A stretch of 57,479 nucleotides of DNA, counting the filler, from Sphacelaria rigidula (taxonomy: Eukaryota): NCBI GenBank assembly GCA_964200075.2. It is 8 parts of 8 records of this genome, joined end to end, with 100 filler letters (N's around TTAATTAATTAA, not from the genome) between each part and the next. Parts side by side here need not be neighbours in the genome. Positions count along the whole stretch, not along the records: positions 43,186 to 50,282 come from CAXNAA020016501.1; positions 50,383 to 57,479 come from CAXNAA020016502.1; 6 more parts are not named here. One strand, written 5' to 3'. Made by a program: the position numbers and the translations under genes. This document shows positions 48,395 to 57,479 of this stretch, piece after piece. The notes under the pieces were generated by a model. The model did no database searches and was not told the DNA's origin. It worked only from the letters and a program-made list of their open reading frames with translations. Every line of letters starts with the position of its first letter. Position 1 is the first letter of the stretch.

Positions 48395-49614
48395 GTGAGC
48401 CAGTTGGTCGATGATTTCAAACAAATGACCTCGCGTGATTTGACGTGACCTGGGTTGGATTGACTTGGCTAGGCTCGACTTGAGGGTCGCTGGGATTTGT
48501 TTTGGATGGGCGTGCGTATCGAGAGGGAGTTGACTCTACTACTGTAGTTTACTTTTGAGGTCGGGATGGACTCGGATTTGTACAAAGAGACGGACGGAGG
48601 GTGTGAACGTTTTCGAAGGCTTCCTGAGAGGTCGCTTTCCAGTTATTTTTCGGGTACAACTTCTTACACTCTACCCCAATTTGAGTACTGAAAGTACGAC
48701 TTTCAAAATACCCCGCAATTGAGTATGCCCTACTCTACCCGTCTTTGTACGTTCTCCCGGTGGATGAGTGTGCCATACTGCCATTTTGTTCGTCTCCCAT
48801 CGTATGATGCTGTCGAAGTTTTTAACGTGGGAGAGCGTGCTCGGTCCTTTTTACTCGTCCCAAGAACCAGATGTGCATATTGTGCTGATACGACAAGTAC
48901 AGGTACACAATCCCAATCTCCCCTTCCTACCCCCAAACCACCTCTACCCATACGACTCGACNNNNNNNNNNTTTTTTACCCCCCCAAAAAACCGACTGCG
49001 ATATTTGTTTGTTACGCCCAAACAAGGAAACAAACCCCCCCTCCCCCCCCCCCCCCCCCCCCCCCCCCCTGTACCTCTTGAATGTGCACTGTAAGGCCTT
49101 CATATGCCGTGTATAAATGTGAAATACGAAAAACGATCGGGAAGCACGTGATCGTTATGTTCTCTGTCGCCGCGGCTCATCGGACTTTTCTTTCGTCTCG
49201 CACTGGAAAAAATTGTGTGTTCAGTCGATTTGCATTGGTCGCAAATTTGATCTAGATCTTCAAGGGATCCCGCGGCGCCGTCCGGAGTTTTTTTACAGTG
49301 ATTCGCCGAATGTGTGTTTATGTGCGTCCATGTTAACGTCGAGTTTTTATTCGCAGAACGCGCTTGCTTTTTTGCTTTTTTTGGGGGGGTGGGGGGGTGG
49401 GGGCGGGGCTTATGTTGCTTGTGTTGTTGTACACGGTGGACAATAGATTATATTCTCGAGAAGTGTACTGCGTACATCATGGTATCTGTTTTCTATTGCG
49501 GTGGACGCAATAGTCAACACTCTACGCAGCACACTTTTTGACTCGTATAAATCTCTTGTCAAGGATGTGAAATAATTGTTCTCTTGAAGAACGGAACACA
49601 CACACACATACATA

Positions 49615-50211
49615 CTTCCTCTGTCCCGTAAGTAAAGTCCGTTATGATCACACGGACCTATAACCGTGTCCAATGCCGCAGGTGATTTTTTTCAATCTTC
49701 AGGGTTCTGTAGTTGAAATACGTTTTTTTTTTTTCTGTTTGCGCAACAGCCAGCGTGCCCGTGCGGTCGACAAACGATCACTTGGCCCCAAAATGGCCAT
49801 ATTTCACCCCTTTACCAGAACACAGAGAAGAACCCTGCTAACCCGAAAAACGGCAGAAATCGTGAAAAATGCATTACTGGCTTTTTTTCTCCGCTCCATT
49901 GCTGGCATACGATACCTAAGCCTAGTCCGAAACCACTCGTTTATATTGCAGCCGGCAACAACTTTAATACAAACCAAATTCGCCGAAATTCGGCCGGAAA
50001 TGTTGAGATTTGACGGAATTTGGTCGAAATTCGACCATGTTTGACCCAACGATTCTAAGGTTGCCGGTCGATTTTTTTTTTTTTAATCTTTCCAGTGGCC
50101 ATCTCCACATCTATACATTCTCGACGAGCCTAACCATAACATGGTGAGCACCTCCGTTGGTGAGATACTGCCTATCCCCCGTAACGGACTTCACCTATGG
50201 GACAGAGAAAG
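49615..50211. mobile_element. Stowaway-like MITE with TA TSD; a second copy starts at 50216
   Basis: TA|CTTCCTCTGTCCC...GGGACAGAGAAAG|TA resembles the mariner/Stowaway CTCCCTCCGTCCC TIR. Confidence 0.75.
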
Positions 50212-51483
50212 TATACTTCCTCTGTCCCATAAGTCTGTATCGTTATGTTTATACGAGCCCTTAACGATGTCCGATTTGATTTNNNNNNNNNNNNNNNNNN
50301 NNNNNNNNNNNNNNNNNNNNNNNNNNTTAATTAATTAANNNNNNNNNNNNNNNNNNNNNNNNNNNNNNNNNNNNNNNNNNNNAGAGGGGTAAAAGATATT
50401 TATTATGAGGGTTATTTTTGTTTATTATAATAGTAGGTCTAAAGAATAATTGACAAAAAAAAAGTGGTTCATTTTTTTTTTTTTCATTTTTTTTCACTGG
50501 TTTAGGGCGTTCTACTAGGGTAAGTACCATATTTCTCGAGAACGCCCTAACCTCTATGAAAAAAAGAAAATGGAAGGCCCATACGTATTTTTTTCGGCAC
50601 TCTATTGTGGTTCTCCACACCAAAAATTGTCGCCATCCGCTAAATGCATCGATCAGGAGTTTCATAGAGATTTTAGTATTTTTGGCACTATCTCCCTTAG
50701 GTATAATAGGAATGACTAGACATGGGGTTTAATCAACGAGAAAATATGGGCCCAAACTTTTGAACAGATGGGCACCTTCCCCTTGATTAGACGATTAATA
50801 CCATATGCGGATCGCGGCCCAACTCGTCTGTGTCGATGATGAGATATTGCTTTTAGAGCTTAAATTCGTTTTTAGGCTGGCCCAGCTCGTATTTTAGTAC
50901 AATAATGCTTTGCGATGCCATTTGAAATTGTATGATCACAACCCGGCCGGATAACAGATTGCGTTGACAAAAATGTACTACGCTCAGTATCAAATATGTT
51001 GTCCTATAATTAATCTGAGATTGATTTGATACTGTATGCAGTACACGTTTCGCCAATGAATGTTGTCTCTCGTCCAGGGTGTGACGATGGTTCAGGGGTA
51101 CACGCCCCCATCAGCGGGCCTGACCAACACATTTTCAGGGGAATATGGGAATATAAAAAATACCCGAAAATTTGAAAATTGCGGGAGGTGTTGAGAGGCA
51201 TCGTACTGCTAGCCAGGGTAAGTGTGGTTGCGGGCTTACAGCTTGAAGAAAATGAACGAAGGCAAGCACTGAACTTTCCTTCCTCTAACGAATCTTGTGT
51301 CGGTATTGGTTTGGTCTTCCACTACCGGGACACTGGAGCCATTTCTCAGTGACACATACAGACATCAGTTTCAAGGCCCCCTGTCTGGCCAAGACATTTA
51401 GTGCAACGGTAGTACAGTAGAGTTGGCCGTGGCACAGCACCTCACTGTATCATTGTACTGTTGTGCTCGGAACGCACAGAGTG

Positions 51484-51864
51484 ATGCCTTCACCATTGCA
51501 GACGGCGGAAATTCCTGACGCTGATGATGGCGCATTCACAGTATCCTCTTCCCTCCCGCCCATGGTGACGGGAGCTCTGGCGGGCGAGATGGAATTGTCG
51601 GTACCGTGCTTTTTCGCCAAGCCCGGAACGCTCAGACCGTCTAGGTACCTCCGTGAGCGCCAACATGGTCGCAGCCCGTTGTGTGCGGTACGAATACAAT
51701 GGTGGGGGGACGTTGGGCCCGGGACGGTGTTGAAACCGGACCTATCGGATATGCTCGATGAGAAAGGACAACGGGCGCGGAGTGCTGGCCTTTCCTCTGC
51801 GACTTGCGCGTTGTTTCCTGTTAGGTGTGGTCTCGAGGGCCTCGTCGCGTACCTCAAAGACATG
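51484..51864 (+). CDS. C2CD3: C2CD3-like centriolar C2-domain protein, first coding exon
   Basis: SSLPPMVTG...VRIQWWGD...GTVLKP...FPVRCGLEGLVAYLKDM parallels the animal C2CD3 N-terminal C2 as I recall it (SLPPLVEG...VRWWGE...YAIRCG...SYLTDM). GTGAGC donor. Confidence 0.8.
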
Positions 51865-52272
51865 GTGAGCTTCCGGAGATGCAGCAGTTTGTCAGATTGG
51901 ATAGCGACAGATTTTCCGCACCGACAGGTGGTGCATGTATTGGTTCACTTCAGTATCTACGCTCCTCGTGCATGCCTATGGGCTGTGCTGTCACGGAGCT
52001 GCAAACTGTAGCTGATGTATATATGGTAGAGCCCGCTATAGACACTAGTAGTATATTTTTGCCTGGGAGCATTTTTTCGCAGCTAACTGCTGACTACGAT
52101 GAATTACAGCACGTACATCTACTGTTCGGTACAAGTGCGGTCACTGGACTCACATTCTCTCAGACTGCAACTACAGCTACCGTGCAATCAATAGTCAGAC
52201 TATCTTACGCTCTCTTAATCAGTCAACCCAACGCTACGCATCTCCGCTGCCTACCCTCCCCCCCTCGACCAG

Positions 52273-55239
52273 AGGCACATCGCGTTGGATGTGCTGATAC
52301 ACGAAGGCGATACCAGAGGGGCGCGGCAAATCGGTCGCTGCGTTTTCCCGGTCAGTAGCTGGGACGGCCAACACCGCGCCCGCGCCGACGGACATGAGCG
52401 CAACGTTGTAGCAGAGGGGTGCTTTCCCGTGCTCTCCGTCAAAGACAGTAAGCACGTGGGTGACCTCCGCGTGCGCCTGCGAGCATGCCTTGGTCCCAGC
52501 AGCAGGCTTCGCCGCATGCTGGAAGCCGCACAAAGTAGTGTCGGCGAGACCAGGATAGTCGGCGACTCTTCTCACGCGATGAAAGCTCGTGGAGAGATCA
52601 GGTTGGGCGACAAACCTGATGGCGCTGAAATAGCGAAGCAAGCGCAAGAGGTTACTGCGGGCGAGACGTGGCAACAGCCCGCTGTGGATCGACCACAGAG
52701 ACTTCTGGCGGGTGGTGGCGGGGCTCCGGGGCTGCCTGTGCGAAGATCGTTCGATAGCGACGATCTTAGCAGTATCTCCAGTGTCGGCGCTCCCGCGAAA
52801 CGATTGCCCCCAGATGCTGCACCACTCTCCTCCTTCCAGCTCAACGAGGCTCTGGCAAAGTTCGACGTATCCGGTGCATTACCGGTGTGGCCGACCCCGA
52901 AGAGTTCCCTGTATCGCTCCCCAGAGACGCACGGTGAGGTTCCACCGACCCCGCGACATTCTGACGGGGGACGAGGTGGCCGCAGCGGAAGGCTTGCTTC
53001 TAGCGCGCAGTTCAGCGCAGCAAGAAAAAAATCCAAAATGTCCCGCCTAGCCGTTGACGGGGACCCGCGAGGTGCCCTACACCGTAGCGATGCAGGCGTT
53101 AGGGTCAGAGCGCAGGCGCCGGCTCGTGGGCAAGAGGTGACCGCAGAGCAGGAATCACGAGAAGCCGAGGAGAGGTTTAGGACTGTACTTGCGAAGAGTG
53201 TTTCGCCAGAGCGACAGGCACCGGGCGCTACCCCAACCCCTCTCTCATCCCGCCCAGACCCAACATCACAAGCAGAAAATACGTTGTCATCTGCCGATAA
53301 AGCGGTATCTCCGCACGTTCGGGCGACAGCGGTACCCGTGGCGATCGACGGACGCGACATGGATGGCGCCTGTCTAGCGCAACTGCTTGACCGCGGCAAC
53401 GAACTTCGAAAAAAAATGGTTCATTTGGTGGAGACCATCCATCGTACCGCTGCGAACGTGCCGATGACAGATGATAGCAAGCAAGACGTGTATACTGTGG
53501 CAAATCCCCCGCCGGAGCTCCAAATGGACCAGTTCGCTGACATGTCGCGGCCGGGTTTGATGAGCTCTGCGCGCCTCGGCTCGTCGCTGCGCGACGATAT
53601 TGAAGGAATTTTCGACACGCTATCAGACAACGATATGCCCATTGAGGACATTGGCGTACCTATTCGCGACCCGGAAGTGCGGGAAAACGAAGATCGTGTG
53701 GTCGACCTTCTTCTGGCGGCTGCGGGGCCCCCTCCTTCATCGCTGGCGTTCCCGGTGCTGGCTGAAGTGGAGCGCAGGCGCGCGGATTCTTTGTCGCAGG
53801 TGCGTTTCTTGCGGATCCGGATGACTCGCGTAGTCATGTTTGGCTCGATGACTTCGGCGCCCGAGGGACACGGATGGCAACTGCGTTTCCGTCTGCCCGC
53901 GTTCACGATGTCGCCTGGGCGAGGCAAGTATGCCGAGGGGTCGTTCAGGACGTCGACGAAAAAAGGCGAAAATGGGAGCGATATGCCTGCAACGCGGGTG
54001 ATTTCTTTGCCGGTTCCGGCAAGGGCTCCGAAGTCTTCACTTGATAGGTCGTCTCGGGCAAGGGGGGGGGTGGTACGAAAGAGCAAAGCTGGCAATACGG
54101 GAAGCACGGCCGGGTCCATGCTACGGGTGAGGCGAGGGTACGGTGCTGCTGATATGGTGGTCGGAGAGACGCCGCTGTTAGAGGAAGTGGTTTGCGCCGT
54201 GAACGTCAATGACGCTTGCGTTCGCCATTGGATGGATGCGGCTGTTGAATTTCTGCTCGTGGACGGCCGTTCTGACGGCGTCCGGTCATCACCTCCGAAC
54301 CGACCACGCAAGCAGAACCTCGAACAGAACCAGAGCGGGGCGGCGAAGTTTTCCTCTACCGTCGGCCCAGGTGACCGCGTTGCAGCTGTGGCCACGCTCC
54401 CTCTCCGAGATCTCGTCCTCTCGGCGGAGCTTGCCCTTGCCAGCACCCTCGATCTCACCGAAGTGGTGGACTTTTGGGCGGCGGAGGACGCTCGCGCCGC
54501 CGCCGCAGGTCGACGACGGCAGGGCGGGCGCCCTTTACGCAATCCATACCGAAGCGACTCAGCGACAGCCGCTCGACCCTTGGTGCTGGGTGATCGTGCT
54601 GTCGGTGCTCTTGCCGTGGGCATGGAGCTCCTGCCTGGCGAGTCCCCCGCATCCCCCGAACATAGCGGGCTACCGGAACGAGAGGCTGTGCACGTGTCCG
54701 AGGTTCGCCGTGGGCGGAGCGGGAGCACCGGTGGAAAGAACGAACGCCGGACTGTGCTGGGCGGTGACAAGGCATCCCTCGGGTCGGGATGCGGGGGGGC
54801 AGAACCACACTCGTCTGATGAGAGTGTATTCGAGGTTGCAGCGAGTGTGGATAAAGAGAAGGGGAAGGAGTCGCCTTCGCATTTTCCACCACTACATGCT
54901 TTGCCGAGGGTTGATGGTGGCGCCGCGGAAGCGGGAGCAGAGGAGGTTGCATTGGCGGGCGAGAGGAAGACAGAGGCCGGGCACGAAGCGAAGGATAAGG
55001 CGCGGTGGGGTACAACGCCGCATGAAAAAGGCGCATCGCCATGTGAAGGCTTCGGCGGCTGTGTTGAAGGGGAGAATGAGGGAGTCGGGGTAGCGCGGCG
55101 AGGGCCGCTTGATGTCGTGGAGAACGGGTCAGCTGAAGAAGGTTTTGCAACTATTCTCAGGCTTGACGGATTGAGGTTGGCGTCTGCTACTGCCAGTGCT
55201 TCGGTTGCTCACGTACGAGTCGCGTACTCTTTTACCCAG
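52273..55239 (+). CDS. C2CD3: C2CD3-like protein, 2967-bp second exon
   Basis: Completes the C2 domain (IGRC...GCFPVLS...VGDLRVRL), then ~990 uninterrupted codons with further C2-like strands (FLRIRM; HWMDAAVEFLL; VATLPLRDLV). CAG/GTGAGA boundaries. Confidence 0.85.
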
Positions 55240-55728
55240 GTGAGACTTGGAAATTCTACATGATGCGCACGCGGGTGAGATGTATAGATATTTTCGGCCA
55301 TCTGTGTTTATTTTGCTCTCGTTTGAACGCGGAAGCTGAGACGACTGTGGGCCTTCGCAAGTTCTTTCTGTTCACGGTAGTATATCGGTTGCAGTAAAGG
55401 TTAGACTAGATCGCATCTGATTACCCGTGTCGGGAACATGACCAGCTCAGTTTACACTCCAAGTCACAGACACCTTCGGCCGGTCGCACTCTGCTGCTTC
55501 TCAGCGGCGAGTGGACGTTCGACCACCCCATGCCTCGCCTTAGCCATGATACACTTGCGAACTGGAAGCCGACAACAGGTTCGTCCCACCTCCGTCATGT
55601 ACGTGGTGGAAGTCGGTTTCGTGTCCTCGATATCATTGAAATTACTGTATGGTACATGTCCCTCCAAAATGCTGAGATCAAAACAGCGGATTACAACAAA
55701 GGTGCCTCGCCCTCAAAATTTTGAACAG

Positions 55729-56533
55729 ACCGAAGGACACTCCGCAGGCACAGTTATGCATCGCTCCGTCCGGGGGTTCCGGAGACTCCTCCCCACCGCG
55801 GATGAAAGCCAACCCTCGCCTATGTTCATCCTACAGCACGAAGAGATCGTCCCGGCTCCTTCGCGTGGCGACAGCAGCCCCCCCGCCGGGCAGCTCAGCG
55901 CCACCACGAGCAGGGTGTTTGAGGTGTGGAGGATCGCCACTAGCACCACGAGCGACATCAACAGCTCTGCTCTTGACCGTGCCGACGGGAAAGGTCATAC
56001 GTTCGGGACGGCGGAGAACAATAATGAGAACGAAGATCTCCTCGGATTGGCGAAGATATCGCTGGCGCCGTCGTCGGAATTGATTTCAGGATCCTCCTCC
56101 GACGGCGGGGGCGGCGACGGTGGGAGCGGGGGTCCTGGACCCGAATCGCTCGCTATTGTTACCGATGGCCCTGTGTCCGTCGTGGACCCTTTTTCTGGCC
56201 GGGCCGTGGGCGAGCTCACTGTTTTTTTTGCGGTGGGTCCGGCCTCTGCTGTGGCTGGGCTGGCGGGTGGGGGGGCGGATGACAAGGGTAACACTGTCGA
56301 TGGGGCACCGACAGCGTGTGGGGTTAAAGTAGACGCCAAGGGTCCGGCGCCTGCAATGAGTATGAACAGTGAGGGGCAGAGAGAGGAGCGGTTGCTGGGA
56401 GGCACGGAGGGGCGGAAGCGTGGTCCAGGCAAGATGGATGATGCGCACGGACGCGATGGTGCTGTTGATGCTGTTGATGCTGTTGATGCTGATGACGGAG
56501 AGTCGCTTCCTCTGCTTGACGATTCTGTGTCAG
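55729..56533 (+). CDS. C2CD3: C2CD3-like protein, third exon; gene continues off scaffold
   Basis: C2-like VFEVW...LLGLAKISL...VVDPFSGRAVGELTVFFAVG with AACAG acceptor and GTGGGT donor. Confidence 0.8.
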
Positions 56534-57479
56534 GTGGGTTTATGGTGACTTCATTCAGAACGGCGTATAGAGGTGTGGTGGTCGCAGGCGTGTATTGTTG
56601 CCGAGATTTTTCGTTTCGACGCTGTGTACTGCTCTCGTTTTTCATCCCTGCGCGTTGTTTGATCTGTTCGTTACACTCTGCACCAGCACACTAGGTTTGT
56701 TATCTAGTAGCGTGCGTGCAGTATAATCGGCTGCTTTCGTGGGTTTGTATCATGTCGCCACGGAAGTGCTTTCCGTATCAAATATTTCGCACTACGTTCA
56801 GCAAAGCAACGATAAGACGAAGCCCTGCACCCTCTCTCTTCATCTGTTCGATATCGTCTGTGACGCCGTCGTCTCCTGTCGCAGCAATTGCGGCCGGCGT
56901 ATTTCTATCTGCGCGGGTATTTCGACAGAACTTGCCGGCAGAATAGAACCACTTCCATAGTACATTTTGTTGAGACCCGCCGATCCAACCAACACCACTT
57001 TTGAATCCACCCGCGCACAGCCGAGCCGGCACATGGTGTGCGCGTAGCGCACGGCTTGCAGGCAGCCAACCCAGCTACTTTGGTGTGCACATATTGTTTT
57101 TTAGTGAATTATATCCCGCAGACAGTAGGACGCTACCGCAGCGGTGTTCTCAACAGACAGCACGGGAGTGGTGACACATGGCGCGCGCGCAGCGCGCGGC
57201 TTGCAGGCAGGCAGCCCAGCTACTTTTGTGTGCATATATGCAAAAATGTACTCCACAGACAGCAGTACACTGCCGAACAGCATTGCACCTGCTACAGACA
57301 GTATTATTGTACGGTGCAGTACACACAGCACGCGAAGTGTGTTCGCCGTTGCCCTTGTCCTTCATCATTACATTTTGCGGGTGGCGGGGGGGGGGGGGGG
57401 GGCGCCGGACCAAACCCGCACCACCACCAGGGCCCCCCAGGCCCATCGGGGGAACACACCACACCGGAGCGCCGCAAGA

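Noticed and set aside
7143-50338. Regularly spaced TTAATTAATTAA motif as a biological periodic repeat or CRISPR-like array
   Set aside because: Always embedded in fixed N runs; it is an assembly linker.
52572-55150. Long minus-strand and alternative-frame ORFs (275, 449, 294, 231 aa)
   Set aside because: Shadows of the GC-rich C2CD3-like exon.

Overview
Eukaryotic draft-assembly sequence, most consistent with a brown alga or other stramenopile. That assignment is an inference from GT-AG intron-rich genes, the eL20 sequence and the repeat types. The window is not one locus. It is eight unrelated scaffolds of 7097-7098 bp joined by 100-bp N44-TTAATTAATTAA-N44 linkers. Recognisable host genes, all partial: NAD(P)HX epimerase (NAXE/YjeF_N, 4 exons), 60S ribosomal protein L18a (2 coding exons), a SETD3/Rubisco-LSMT-type SET methyltransferase (4 exons) and a C2CD3-like centriolar C2 protein (3 exons, one ~3 kb). 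The rest is mostly degenerate Ty3/gypsy elements, RTE-like LINE ends, a pogo transposase relic, MITEs, a tRNA-derived SINE, foldbacks and microsatellites. The most unusual signal is in scaffold 1. A gypsy element there has an integrase tail with chromo-like plus Tudor-like domains. Its putative 3' LTR (TGTT...AACA) contains an intronless, non-host-like family B DNA polymerase segment split into two oppositely oriented pieces that are consecutive in protein order. All calls come from reading motifs by eye; no searches were run.
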